Positions 27,233 to 42,200 of a DNA stretch of 64,000 nt are shown one piece after another. The position numbers were made by a program, and so were the translations under genes. Origin of the DNA: an uncultured bacterium (lineage in GTDB: Bacteria; Patescibacteriota; Minisyncoccia; Phycocordibacterales; UBA11359); NCBI GenBank assembly GCA_903831815.1, contig CAIKZC010000010.1, forward strand, positions 162,474-226,473. The letters run 5' to 3'. The notes below the pieces were generated by a model. That model saw only the letters and a list, made by a program, of their open reading frames with translations. It had not been told where the DNA came from and searched no databases. Each line of letters starts with the position of its first letter. The first letter of the stretch is position 1.

Positions 27233-30200
27233 ATGTTCGTACGTTTTTTTCATATTTCTAAACCTGTTTTAATTTCAGTTTCTCTTTTTTTAATTTGCAT
27301 TTTACCTTTGAAATCTTTGGCTGACGATAACATTGTCGTCACGGATGTTTCCACTTCAATTTCAGATACGTCATTAATTTCCGATATTGTTGAATCGGAG
27401 TCTATTTCGGATGTAGTCACTCCTACAACAATCGATACTAATCCTGCCGAAATTTCTACCTCTACTTCTACGGATACGGATACGGAAAATGATATTGCAA
27501 CTTCAACAGCGACTTCAGTAACTTCATCAGAAAATTCTTCGACGACAACTGAGGCGACTTCGACCGATAGTAATGTTGTTGTTTCAACTTCAACTCCAAA
27601 CATTTCCGAGCAATTAACCAGTACCGGAAAATTGGTGACGGTTTCGGCGACTGATGAACAGGAAGCGATCACACCGATGATTAACGTTCCGGTCCGTGTG
27701 GCAATTTCGGAAATTTTTAAAGTTGGTCAGGAAAATAAAATAAAAATTAAATGGCAAAACAATGACGGTCAGGATATGCAGTTTACGGCAATTGATGAAG
27801 ATGGAAATGGTTACATTGATCATGTTGAATGGATCGTGCCGCACCTCTCGACTCAAACTTTTGATTTGATTTATATTTCCGATGCCTTGTTGTTGGACAC
27901 AAATAAAAATCCGATCGAAGATATTTTTGATATTGTCGGAACTCAAGATCAAAATTATAAAACCATAAATGACGGACAATATGTTCGAATGACGTTTGAG
28001 ACAAAATTGAATAATACAAGATACATTTCGGTTTTTGGAAAACCTCATGACGCCAGTCAGTCAAGTTCGATTGAAGTTTATCCTGTTTACACTGATGCCC
28101 AAGGAAATACGACTGAAGGCAATCCAATTCAAACGACTTTTCAAATCGATCATGATGGTGAGTATCAAATCTATTTGACCGATCTTCAAACACCAACCGA
28201 CGTTTTTGATCTGAGAGCTGTGGGGAATATAGATATTGATTACATTGTTGACACAATAGGACCACCATTAAACGCTTTTTGGGTCGGTGGCACAGGTCGC
28301 TGGTATGCCGACGCTGCTGCTCACTGGGCAACGTCAACTAACGGTCTAACTAGTGCCGGCAACTTACCTGGTCCGAATACTAACGTGACTTTTGATTCTA
28401 ACTCAGGATCTGCATCATCCGTTGTAACAATAGATGCAACAACTTCTCCAATCAACATAACCTCGTTGACTATCAGTACTTACACCGGAACTATTACTCA
28501 AAGTGCAAGTCTTATTATATCCGGAAGTTATTCTCAAGCTTCGGCTGCCACATTTACTTCGCCCAATCCGGCCTCGAGCACACTTTCAGTCGGTGGTAAC
28601 TTTTCGGTTACGGCCGGGACATTTAGACGTTATACGGGAATGGGCATAACTACCGATCCCTTTGTAATTTATGATGTGTATGGTTTGCAGGGCATGAAAA
28701 CCGGTCTCTCCAACTCTTACAAACTTTATGGTGATATTGACGCAACTAATACCGCCTTATGGAATACTATAGGAAGTACAACGACAGGTTTCGTACCGGT
28801 TGGCACAAACACTACCAGCTTTAATGGAAATTTTGATGGTGCCGGTTACACGATCAGAAATTTGTATATCAATTCTACAACGACAAACTATGTCGGTCTT
28901 TTTGGTTATGCAACAAGTACAATTCAAAACGTAAATCTTTCAAATATTTCAATTACGGCGACAAGCACTTTTGGTACTATCGGTGGAAATGGAAATCCTG
29001 GTAATGCGAGCACAAGCCCGACTGCTGGAGGTACAGGTTCGGTTGGTGGAGTTGGAGCCAACTTATATATAGGAGGTTTGGTTGGTTTTGGTGCAGGTTT
29101 TATTTCCAATGTTAATGTATCAGGAATAATTTCAGGCTTTGGCGGAGCTGGAGGTAAAGCTGGTGATGGAGGTAAAGGAGGAAACACTACATCCGGTGCT
29201 ACGACGGCGGGTGCTGGAGGAGCTACTGTCAGTGACGCCGTTGCTATTGGGGGCACGGTTTATATTGGAGGACTAGTTGGATATTATCAGGTTGGAGATA
29301 TCACTAATGCTAACAGTACTGTGTCGGTTATTGGCATCGGTGGTGCGGGCGGAGCGGGAGGTAAAAGTGGAGATGGTGGAACCAACTTAGGAACAGGTAT
29401 TGGTGGAGCCGGAGGAGCGACTGTTGGAGTCGCCGGCGCCGGCGGAGCCATATATGCCGGAGGATTGGCAGGTTGGGTTAATGCAGGTTCGATTATTACT
29501 TCTTCGGCGACAGGTAATGTGACGGCGACGGGCGGTGTGGGTGGCACAGCGGGAGGAGCGGGAGTTGGCGGAGCGGGAGGTGGCGCGGCTATCGGTGGCA
29601 ACGGAGGAGCCGGTGGCACTGGAGGGGCTGGCGGAGCGAGCTATGCTGGTGGTCTCGTTGGATACAATTTTGGAAATATTGAAGATGGATCATTTGCTAC
29701 AGGTATTGTGCAATCTTATGGTGGCATCTCCGGTGCCGGAACAATAGGTGGCTATGGTGGTGCGAGCGCTACTTCAACTTCAGGTACGGCTGCAAGTGGC
29801 GGTAACGGAGGCACCGGTGGTGCGGGGGCTATTGCTTATGCCGGAGGCTTGGTTGGTCAAAATGCTGTCGGCGGAATTATCACCGGTTCGACAAGTCCAA
29901 TTTATGCTACAGGAACAACTACCGCTGTCGGGTCGGCCGGTAAGGATGGACAAAACGGTGGAGCTGGAGGTGACGGTTCAAAAGGTACTGCTCATACTGG
30001 GGGTCTTGGAGGTAACGGAGTTGCCGGATCTATTGGTGGTGGTGCTTATGCCGGGGGACTTGTTGGACTTAACTCAGGAATTATTATTTCTTCAAATTCA
30101 AATACCGGATTGGTTACTGTAACTGGCGGCGCTGGTGGTGCCGGCGGTACTGGTGGCTCAGGAGGTTTAAAAGGAACAAGTGGGACGAGTGGAACAGGCG

Positions 30201-33200
30201 GTACAACAGGAAACGGTGGTTCAGCCAACTCTACTTCGGCATATGGAGGAGGATTAGTTGGAAGTAACACAGGAATTATTCAAAATTCATCGGCTCAAAA
30301 TTCAGTATCTGGTCTTGGAGGTTCAGGCGGAAAAGGAGGCGATGGTGTCGCTGCATTAACAGGATTTGCCGGTGGTGTCGGTGCCACAGGTGGTGCGGGA
30401 GGTATTCTATATATAGGAGGCATAGCCGGAGGTAATACATATTTAATTAGTAGTAGTTCGTATCTTAATGGAAGTGTTTCCGGTACGGCTGGTGCGGGAG
30501 GATCTGCCGGAGTTGGTGGTGCCGGTGGAAACTGGGCAGGTGGATTGGCAGGTACAGCCGGCACGGCTACGGTCGGAGCGGCTATTTATGCCGGAGGAGC
30601 AATTGGTCGTAATGATTATTTAGTTATTTCTAATGTTTATGCAACAGGGAATGTTGCAGGTACATCCGGTGCTGGTGGTGCCGGAGCAAAAGGTGGCGAC
30701 GGCGGCACAAGTCTAAATGGTGTCGTCGGAAGTGCCGGAGCTTCCGGAGGTGTTTCATATATCGGAGGACTCATCGGATATCACAACAACGGAGAAATTC
30801 TAAATTCATGGGCGACCGGAAGTGTTATTGCTAATGTCGGAGTTGCAGGCAATGGTGGCGGTGGCGGTAATGGTGGTACTGGAGCTGCGTCAACTGTTGG
30901 TGGCATCGGTAACACAGCCGGTAACGGCGGTGCGGGTGGCAACGCTTTCGGTGGCGGTCTTGTTGGCGTGACCAACTTAGGTACAATTACAAATTCTTAC
31001 GCGACGGGAAGTACCACGGTGACCGCCGGCGCTGGTGGCGTTGGTGGACTTGGAGGCACTGGTGGCGCCGGCGGTTCAAACGCAATCGGTGGTGCCGGTG
31101 GTGCCGGAGGTGCCGGTGGCACAGGTGGAGCCGCTTATGCCGGTGGACTTGTCGGACAAAATAATGCAATCATTCAATCAAATTCATGGGCTAGTGGAAG
31201 CGCGACCTCAACCGGAGGAATTGCCGGGGATGCCGGCGCCGGCGGCGCCGGCGGAACCACCACCGCTAGTACTGTCAACTCAGGTGTTGCCGCTGCGGGA
31301 GCGTCTGGTGGAACGGGTGGTACCGGTGGAGCCGCTTATGCCGGAGGATTGGTAGGAAATAACACAAATACGATAACTGATTCATATGCTATCGGAGGAA
31401 TTATAGTAGCCATTTCAACGCCGGGTAAAAACGGTGGATTATCCGGAGTGGCGGGAAACGGTTCGGCTGGAGGGTCGAGTCATACTGGCGCGGTTGGTGC
31501 TACTGGTGCCGCTGGTGGCGGCGGTGCTCTCGCTTATGCCGGAGGATTAGTAGGACAAAATTCATCAACGATTACAAATTCGCATTCCGACCAAGGCATA
31601 GCGAAAGCTACCGGAAATGCTGCGGGTAACGGCGCTGATGGCGGAGCTGGCGGTGTTGGCGGAACGGGCGGAAACGGAGGTGTCGGTGGAGTTGGTGGTA
31701 TCGGCGGAGCTGCCGTTTCAATCTTTGCCGGGGGACTTGTTGGGTATAACGTAGCTGGAATTATTCAATCTAATTCACATTCGTCTGACGACGCTATAGT
31801 TGTTGGACAAGGTGCCGGTAATGCCGGTAACGGCGGTGCCGGCGGTACTGCGGCAGCTGGAGGAGTCGGCGGCTTTTATTCTGCCGGTGGTCCCGGCGGT
31901 GCCGGAGGTTTGGTTGGAAGCAATACAGGAATTATTGATAGTTCATACGCAACCGGGAATTCAACTTCTACGGGAGGTCTAGGTAGTTCATATGGTACAG
32001 GCGGTAATGGAGGTAGTGGATCTACTGGCGCAACCGGTGGAACATTTACGCTTACCAGTAGTCCTGCTCGAACCGGTGGTTATGCTGCTGTTGGTGGCTT
32101 AGTAGGTTTAAATAATGCAAACGGCGCTATTCAGGGTATTTGTTATGCAAATGGAAATGCTGTGGGAATTGGAGGCAATGGCGGATTTGCAAGCAGTTCA
32201 CCAAATGGTGGTAACTCAACTGGTGCAGTTGCCGGCGCTGCGGGCATTGCTGGTGGTGCTGGAGGTGCCGGAGGAGGTGCTTATGCGGGAGGATTAGTGG
32301 GATACAACTTATCTGTTATAAGTACCAGTTCTTATGCGACAGGAAATGCGTCTTCAACTGGCGGTACTGGTGGCGCCGGCGGCAACGGTGGAAATGGTGG
32401 CTATGGCGGATCAGCTGGGGTGGCTGGTGTAAATGCCGGTAACGGTGGCGCTGGCGGAACAGCTTATTCCGGAGGAATTATAGGATTGAATGGAACTATC
32501 GGATCCTCGGTCATAACTAACGAGGGTACTATTGGTAATGCAAATTCAACTGGCATTATTACTGCTTATGGCGGGACCGGAAATACCGGTGGCTCTGGCG
32601 GCAATGGTGGCAATGCTACAAGTACAGCTGCATATATTGGGGGTGGCGGAGGTACCGGAGGTACCGGTGGCGCCGGTGGCACAAGTGCAGTTGGTGGTGC
32701 TGCTGGGTATAGTGTTGGTTATGTTAAAGATATTTCATACACAGTTTTGGGTTCAAATTTAAATTCTTTGGGTGGAGCAGCAGGCAATGGTGGAGGCGGT
32801 GGTTACGCTGGAGCCAGCGGAAACATATCAGCCGGTGTTGGTGCTACTGCCGGTAACGGCGGTATTGGTGGCGCTGGCGGAAATACGTTGCTAGGTGGAC
32901 TAGTAGGATATAATGATGGATATATAATCAATTCTAATATTCATATAAATGGAAATCTTTCGGCAAGTGGCAGAATTGGAGGTAACGGTGGCACCGGAGG
33001 TAACGGTGGAGATGCAACCAACGGTGTTGGAGGACATAGTGGTGGAGTCGCAGGTACGGGAGGCACCGGAGGCGCTGGCGGTACTGTCGGTATAGGAGGA
33101 CTTGTTGGACTAGCTAATGGAATTATTACAAATTCTCATAGCGATGGAGACATGATCGTTGTTTTAGCTGGCGGTAACGGAGGAATTGGCGGTAACGGAG

Positions 33201-36200
33201 GAATAGGTGGACTTTCAAGTACTACTATGGCCACTGCCAAAAACGGCACCGGTGGTGCAGGAGGTACAGGAGGAGCGGCCGGGTACGTTTATGCTGGAGG
33301 TCTTATCGGATACAATAATACTGCTGACACGTATTTTGATAATATTTATTCTAATAATAATGTTATTGCCAATGGAGGAGTTGGAGGCAACGGCGGATCT
33401 GCGGCAACTAGTACAGTTGGTGCTAACGGCAACACCGGAGGTGCAGGTGGAATTCCAAACTATCTCAGTGCTGGTGGTCTTATTGGAAGCATTACAGCAG
33501 CAGGGCTTTCTTTGACGAATTCTTATGCAACTGGAAACGTAAACGCCACGGCCTTTGCCGGAGGACAGGGTATTATCGGTAGTATCGGAGGGAATGGCAC
33601 GACAACTATGCTTGGCGGCGGCGGAGGAATTGGTGGTGCTGGCGGTACTGGTGGAGGAGTTATGGGCGGAGGTCTAGTTGGTTATATTTCTGGTGGTATG
33701 GTTTATATCGGCACTTCTACTTATGCCACCGGTGATGTAAATATTACTGCGGGAGCTGCTGGTGCCGGCGGTCAAGGTGGTGATGGAGGAGTTGGGAACG
33801 GAGCGCCTGGCGGATTGGGAGGTACAGGTGGCGCTGGAGGTACGGGTGGCGCTGCATACGGTGGTGGACTTATAGGATATATTACTTCAGGAGAAGTTAT
33901 TGGTGCGCATGCCAACGGTAATGTTGTTGCAAATGGAAATAGGGGGGGTGACAGCGGTAACGGTGGTAAAGGTGGTGATGGAGGGGTTGGAACTGTCGGT
34001 GGAGTTGGTGGTACCGGAACAGTTGGAGCAACTGGAGGTGCGGCTTATGCTGGGGGACTTGTGGGTACAAATGCAGGAGCCACAATTCAAAATTCATATT
34101 GTATTACCGGTTTAGTTACCGGAATCGGAGGTAATGCTGGTAATGGCGGTATCGGAGGTAATGCCGGTGTAACCGGAAATCTTACAGCTTCTACCACAGC
34201 CGCCGGTGGTGTCGGTGGAAACGGTGGTGTTGGTGGAGGTACTGGCGTAGGTGGATTGGTCGGATATAATACTTCAGTTAAAGCGATCATAAATAATTCT
34301 TATGCTACAGTAAATGCAACGACAACTGGTGGAACTGGCGGGACTGGTGGCGCCGGAGGTAATGGAGGTGACGGATCAGCTAACGGTAGTACTGCTCTGA
34401 CTGGCGGAGTTGGAGGAGTTGGAGGAAACGGAGGTGCCGGTGGCGGCGCCGGTGGTAACGCAGTTCAGATTGGTGGTCTTGTGGGACTCAATACTTTAGG
34501 AACTATTAATAATTCTTTTGCTCAATTTGGAACGATGACTGCTTTTGGAGGACTCGGCGGTACCTCTACCATTGGAGGTTTTGGTGGAGTCGGAACAACC
34601 ACTGGTTTGAATGGAATTGCTGGTATCGGAGGTACTGGTGGCGCCGGCGGTGCTATTTATGCTGGAGGTTTAGTTGGTTACACTACCGGTGTTGTTCAAA
34701 ATTCATTTTCTAAAACAACTTTAAATATTACAGGTGGATCCGGCCGAGACGGAACAGTTGGTCGTGATGGAGTTGCAAACAGAGGATCGGCTGGTTCCGG
34801 TGGCGGCGCCGGTGGAGCATCAGGTCTAATTTATGCAGGAGGTCTCGTAGGCTTCACTACATCTGATATTATTTCTTCATATGCAAGTTACGATTCTGGT
34901 TCCGGGGCGGGAAATATTAGTGTGACGGGAGGAACTCCTGGAAACGGAGCGAAAGGCGGTGATGGAGGGTTAGGACTTACAAATGGTGGACCTGGTGGCA
35001 ATGGTGCCGTTGCAGGTGGTGGTAAAGGCGGTGATGCCGGAGGAGCTTTTGTTGGTGGACTTTTAGGATATTCTTCAGCTGCAGGAATTGTTTCTTCTTC
35101 ATCGGCAGACACAATTACAATTTTGGGAAATGAACAAAAAGGCGGAAAGGGAGGTGATGGAGGAAAAGGTGGAAATGGCACCGTGAACTTTATTGGTGGT
35201 TTAGGTGGAATTGCCGGAGCTGGTGGAGCTGGTGGAATTCGCGGATATGGAGGGCTTGTCGGTGACAACTTGGGAGTTATACAAAATTCATCTTCTTCAA
35301 TTAGTATTTTACTTTATGGAGGAAACGGTGGTGATGGTGGCATAGGCGGCGCCGGCGGTGCTTCGGGACCGACGACGTCCTCTTCGACAGCCGCAACTGG
35401 TGGAGCGGGTGGAGCTGGCGGCGCCGGTGCTGCTACTTACGGCGGAGGTTTGATTGGCCGTACAGCCGGGACTTTTCAAATAAGTGATTCGTTTGCTTTG
35501 GGTGATGTAAATATTTTTGGTGGTACAGGTGGAGTTGGTGGCACCGGCGGTGATGGCGGTGACGGTTCAACCGGAACCAGTACCCATGTTGGATCGGTTG
35601 GAGCTTTGGGTGGCGCGGCCGGAGTTGGTGGTGCAGCTTATTCCGGAGGCTTGGTTGGATTTAATAACTCTTCAACAGGTGTCGCAAACTTTTTTAATGA
35701 TTTTGCCATAGGTGATGCTTTTGCAACTGGAGGTAACGCTGGAAGCGCTGGAACTTCCGGTAAAGGTGGTGCTTCAAGAATTACTCAAAACGGCGGCGCC
35801 GGTGGTGGTGCTGTTACTGCTGTGGCTGGCGGAGCCGCATACGCCGGTGGTTTGATTGGATACAACTTAATCACTACCGGTATCAGCGATATTTTAAATT
35901 CATACGCGGCGGGTATAGCTAGCTCGACTGGAGGAATAGGAAGTCTCGGAAGTAATGGTGGTAATGGAACAAGTGCGGTTGCCACTTCAACTGGAGGTGT
36001 CGGTGGCGCCGGAGGTGCAGGAGGAGCGGGAGGCGCTGGCGGTGAAGCTGATGCCGGAGGTTTGGTTGGATACAGCAGTGTTACTACGGGAGGAAATAAT
36101 TATTTCAACACATATTCTACAAGCATAATTGTATCTGCTTTGGGCGGTAAAAGCGGTAACGGCGGAAGTGCCGGAAGATCTGGTACTGGTGGAGTGGGCG

Positions 36201-39200
36201 CCGCCGGAGGCAACACAGGGGCCAGTGGTGCGAGTGGCAACGGTGGTGCCGCTTACGCCGGAGGTTTGATCGGTAACACTAGTTCGTCCGCAAACAATGA
36301 TTTGGATATTGATACTAGTTATTCAACCGCAAATGCTTACGCAACAGGCGGAGCAAGTGGTGACGGAGCTCCAGGGGTTGTTGGTGGTACAGGAGGAACA
36401 ACTAGTAAAGGAGGTCTCGGAGGTAACGGCGGAGGGACTGGAAACGGCGGAGTTTCCGCTGCCGGTGGTCTTGTCGCTTCAAGTACTGCAATTATTGAAG
36501 ATGGATCTTATGCAACAGGTAACGCAAGTTCAACCGGCGGTGTAGTTGGAATTGCTGGTATCGGCGGCGCCGGCGGACCAACAGGCACTTCTACTAATGG
36601 TGGTACAGCCGCTACCGGAGGCAACGGCGGTATCGCCGGCAACGCCGGCGCCGCTTATGCCGGAGGTCTCGTTGCCAGCAACTCGTCAATTGGAATTATT
36701 TTAAATTCTTATTCAACTGGTTCTGTTAATGCTGTTTCTCAGAATGGTGGAGATGGGGGAAATGGTGGTACCGGTGGTGATGGATCAAACGGAATTTCAG
36801 GTCACTCGGGAGGTTTGGGTGGTAACGGCGGCGCCAGTGGTGCGGGTGGTACAGTTTACGCCGGAGGTTTCGTTGGAAATAATGTAAATTCCGCAAACAT
36901 AATTAGTACTTGTAATTCTACAGGTTTGACTGTGACCGGTGTTGCCGGAAACGGTGGAACGGGCGGCAAAGGAGGAGGTGGTGGTGTGCCGGGAATTGTA
37001 TCCGGACTTAATGGTGGCGCGGGCGGACTTGGTGCAACATCAATCACAGGCGGATCTTTATATCTTGGAGGATTTGTCGGTTATAACGACGGCATAATTC
37101 TTAATTCGTATTCAATAAGTAATGCGACAGGTACGGCTGGAACGGGTGGAACAGGAGGAGCCGGTGGTAATGGAGTAAAAGGATACACAGGAACTGGTGG
37201 CACGGGTGGTGCCGGAGGATTAGCTGGAGTAGCTGGTGCCGGAGGCATTGCCTATGGTGGTGGATTTGCAGGCTATAATAATACAAACAGACTGATCAGA
37301 GATTCTTATTCAACCGGTACATTGACAATAACCGGAGGGAATGGGGGTACCGGCGGTGTTGGCGGTTCAGGTGGTAACGGTGGAAACGGTAATTCCGGCT
37401 GGCCTGGAGGTACAGGTGGAAATGCCGCCACGAGTACCGCTGGAATAATCGGTGGAATTACTTATGGAGGAGGATTAATTGGTCTCAATTATGGTGGAAC
37501 GATTGTTTCGGATTATTCATTAGGAACTGTAATAGTTAGAGGATCTAATGGTGGTGCTAGTGGCGCCGGTGGTAAGGGTGGTGATGGAGGAGATTCTACT
37601 AGTGCCGGTTATTCTGGCGGTAACGGAGGTATTGCTGGAGCTACGGTATCGGCGGGGAATGCCGGTGATGTTTATGCCGGAGGTTTAATAGGTGCTTTCA
37701 ATTTCGTGGGCGCTTTAATTCAAAGTTCTTGGTCATCAGGGAACGTTTATGCATTCGGTGGAAACGGTGGTCTTGCTGATCTTGCTGGTGTGGCTGGAAC
37801 CGGGGGTGTTGGTGGTGCAGGTGCTGCCGGAGGCAACGGTGGCGCAAGCACTGGTGGTGCCACTGGCGGTTCGGGAGGATCAACAAATGCAGGTGGACTT
37901 GTTGGACTCGGATATGGCGGTAACGCAAGTTATGCTACTGGTAATGTAGTAGCTATCGGTGGAAATGGAGCTTATGGAGCAACTGGTGGAAAAGGTGGTA
38001 ATGGAGGTAAAGGAGGATCAGGCACAGGTGGTAATGGTGGTAATGGAAATACCGGCGGAATAGGTGGTGCGGCTGGCAAGGGTGGCGATGTAAACGCTGG
38101 GGGTTTTATAGGATTTGATTCCAGTAATCCATCAAATATTTATTCATTAGGTAATATCAGTTCAACTGCAGGTCTGGCTGGTATTGGTGGTAATGGTGGA
38201 GCCGGAGGAAATGCCGGAGCTGCCGGTAGTGCCAGTTCAACTGCTGGTGTTAATGGTAATGGAGGTAACGGCGGTGACGGTAAAGCAAACGGCACTAATT
38301 ACGCTGGAGGCCTTGTGGGTTTCGTCTTTGGTGGTTACACAATTACAAATAGTTACTCAAGAGGAACGGTTTTTGCAAGCACTACTATTACAGGTAGTGT
38401 CGGAGGCTCTGTTGGAGCGGCTGGCACCGGTGGAAGCGGCGGCTCATCCGGATCTTTAACTGGAGCTACAGGCGGTTCGGCCAGTTCGGTCGTCGGAGGC
38501 ATGGCTGGTTATGGGAGTGGTACTTTTTTCTACACAAGTTATTGGGATACTAATACGTCCGGAACGACTACCGCTACCGGTAACGGCTCTTCTTCGGGCA
38601 TGAATGGTACAACGACAGCTAATATGATGAAGAAGGCAACATTCTCCGGATGGGATTTTACTTCGCTGGTTTGGAATATTGCGGAAGCTTCAACCTATCC
38701 ATATTTTGATTATCAAACTGTTCCTGTTGCACCGACAAATGTCGTGGCTGTGAGAGGCGACCGCAGTGCTACAATCACATTTACACCGCCAGCCAACACC
38801 GGTTCAGCTATTTTGTATTACACTGCCACCTCAAATGATGCTCGTGTGGCTACGAGCAGTACGGCTTCAATTACTTTCACCGGTCTCACTAATGGTGCTT
38901 ATTATACTTTCACCGTGACCGCAACTAATATGATTGGTACCAGTTCTCCTTCGGCAACAAGTAATTCCGTAAAACCTGCGGCAGTACCGGCTGCGCCAAC
39001 AATCACTTCAATCACAGGTGGAATAGGTAGCGCCACGATCACTTTTTCAACCACGACAAGCAACGGCTCGGATATTTTGTATTACACTATCACCTCAACT
39101 GATGGATTGCATACAATTACGAGTGGTAATTCGCCGGTCACTATTGGTGGTTTGACCAACGGCGCGACTTACATGTTCACCGTGACTGCAACCAATGATG

Positions 39201-42200
39201 TTGGCACAAGTTCAATATCCGGCACAAGTGATCCTGTAACTCCTGCCAGAGCTCCCGATGCTCCATCAATAATTTCCGTAACGAGAGGCGATGGAAATGT
39301 GACAGTAACTTTTTCAACGACAACATTTAACGGCGGTTCAAATATTTTGTATTACACCGTGACTTCTAATGACGGACACACTGCGGTTGGCGGTGATTCA
39401 CCGTTAACTGTTTTATATCTCAATGATGGAACACCATATACTTTCACCGTCACCGCAACAAATAACGTCGGCACAAGTTCGCCTTCGGCAACAAGTGATT
39501 CCATAACTCCGGCCAGAGTTCCCGATGCTCCATCAATAATTTCCGTAACTAGAGGTGATGGAAATGTGACGATTACTTTTTCAACGACAACATATAATGG
39601 TGGTTCAAATATTTCATATTATTCAATCACATCAAGCGATGGACAGATTACGACTGGTGGCACTTCGCCGATTATATTTAGAAATCTTAATAATGGCACA
39701 CCATACACTTTCACGATCACCGCTACAAACGACGTTGGCACTAGCACTTCCGTAGGAGTAAGTGATACTGTAATTCCGGCTAGAGTTCCAGATGCTACGA
39801 TTATTGGATCGGCAACGAGAGGTGTTAATGAAGCCACAATTAATTTTTCAACGACGACATATAATGGCGGTTTAAGCATTTTGTATTACACCGTGACAAC
39901 AAACGACGGATTGATTTCAGTTAGTGGCGGTACGTCGCCACTCACAATCAAAGGTCTTACAAATGGAGTAAATTATACTTTTACCGTCACGGCTACAAAT
40001 GCAGTTGGCACTAGCTCTGCATCATTTGCTTCAAATGGAGTTACGCCTGCCGATGTACCTGCCGCTCCAACGATTACCTCTATCTTCGGAGGTATCAATA
40101 GAGCGACGATTACTTTTTCAACTACGACTAGTAACGGCTCAACAATTTTGTATTACACCGTCACTTCAAATGATGGATTGCATACTATTACCAGTGGCAA
40201 TTCACCGGTTACATTTAATGATTTAACTAACGGCACCACCTATACATTTACTGTTACTGCAACCAATGGTGTCGGTACAAGTTCTTCTTCCAGTGTTAGT
40301 GATCCAATCATGCCTGCCGGCGTACCTGATGCTCCAATAAATGTTTTCGCCACTAGAGATGATGGTAAAGCGTTGATTACTTTCACAAAACAGAATGATA
40401 ACGGTTCGACGACTTTGTATTACACCGCCACATCAAATGACGGATCGAAATTCGGCACGAGCACTTCAAATTCAATTCTGGTTACAGGATTGGCAAACGG
40501 CACAATTTACTTTTTCACAGTAACCGCAACTAACGGAGTAGGTACCAGTTCCATTTCAACTGCTAGCAATTTTGTCATTCCGGCAACCACTCCAAATTCT
40601 CCATTGATTGGATCGGTCATAAGAGGTAACGGCGAAGCGACAATTAATTTTTCATATCCAAATGATAATGGTTCAACGATTCTTTATTACACCGTCACTT
40701 CAAACGATGGTCTACATATCGCGACTGGTGGCGCTTCACCTCTTGTGGTTACCGGTCTCACTAATGGTGCAACTTACACTTTTACAGTAACCGCAACCAA
40801 TGACGTCGGCACAAGTTCTCCTTCCGGCACAAGTGATTCTGTCACTCCTGCAACTACTGCGAGCGCACCGACAAATATTACTGCCACTGGTGGTACTCAC
40901 GAAGCAACGATTTATTTTACACCGACATTACCGGCCAATAACGGAGGGTCAAATATTATCCACTACACTGTTACTTCGAATGATGGATTGCATTCCGCTA
41001 CAGGTGGTACTTCGCCGATTACCGTGTTCGGTCTCACTGACGGCGTCACTTATACTTTCACAGTTACTGCAACCAATGACGTAGGTACAAGTTCTCCATC
41101 GGCGACAAGTAACTCGGTTGTTCCGGCCGACGTCCCAGACGCACCAACTTATGTAAACGCAATTGGCGGTAATGGAGAAGCTACAATTACTTTTACGTAT
41201 CCAAATAACAATGGTTCTGTTATTACTTACTACACCGTCACTTCAAATGATGGATTGCACACCGCAACCGGTGGCGCTTCACCTATTACTATTACCGGGC
41301 TTTCCAATAATACAACTTACACATTTACAGTTACCGCTACTAACGCTGCAGGAACAAGCACTCCATCTGGAACAAGTAATTCTGTTGTTCCTTCCGCTGT
41401 TCCTGATGCGCCGTCAAATGTGGTGGCCGTTCGTGGTAGGGGTGAAGCCACGATTTCCTTTACGTATCCAAACAATAACGGTTCGATCATTACCTACTAC
41501 ACCGTCACTTCAAACGATGGACAGACTGCGACGGGTGGTACGTCGCCAATAACCGTTAAAGGTTTGACGAATGGTTTGAATTATACTTTTACTGTCACCG
41601 CCACAAACGCCAACGGTACGAGTTCTGCTTCAATCTCAAGCGATGCAGTGATGCCTGCGACCTATCCTAATGCGCCGGGAAATCTTGCCGCAACACTTGG
41701 AAACGGTAGTGCTAATTTGACTTGGTCGGCTCCATTTAACGGCGGTTCAGCTATAACTCTTTATACCGTGACATCAAACACCGGAGGTCATACGGCTACA
41801 ACGACCGGTACATCGGTTACCGTTTATGGGTTAACGAATGGCATGCCATATACTTTTACGGTTACAGCAAGCAATGATATGGGCATGAGCACGTCTTCCA
41901 ACACAAGCAATTCGGTGATTCCGGCTAATGTTCCGGGTGCGCCAGGAAACCTTACAACATTAGTTTTGGATAGCAGTATAAGTTTGTCTTGGTCCGCCCC
42001 AACGTCGACCGGAGGATCGGATGTCACGGATTATATCGTTCAATATAAATTAACAAACAATGGAACTTGGTCTGCTTTTGATGATGGCGTTGGAACCAAT
42101 CTGGTAACGACTGTTACAAATCTATCAAATAATAGTTCTTATGATTTTCGTATTTTGGCTAAAAATGCGGCCGGTCAGAGTTTTCCGTCTAATATAGCAA

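Noticed and set aside
28950-38520. Mycobacterial PE_PGRS or collagen assignment
   Set aside because: There is no PE domain and no Pro-rich Gly-X-Y register; the Gly tracts are interleaved with GLUG cores.
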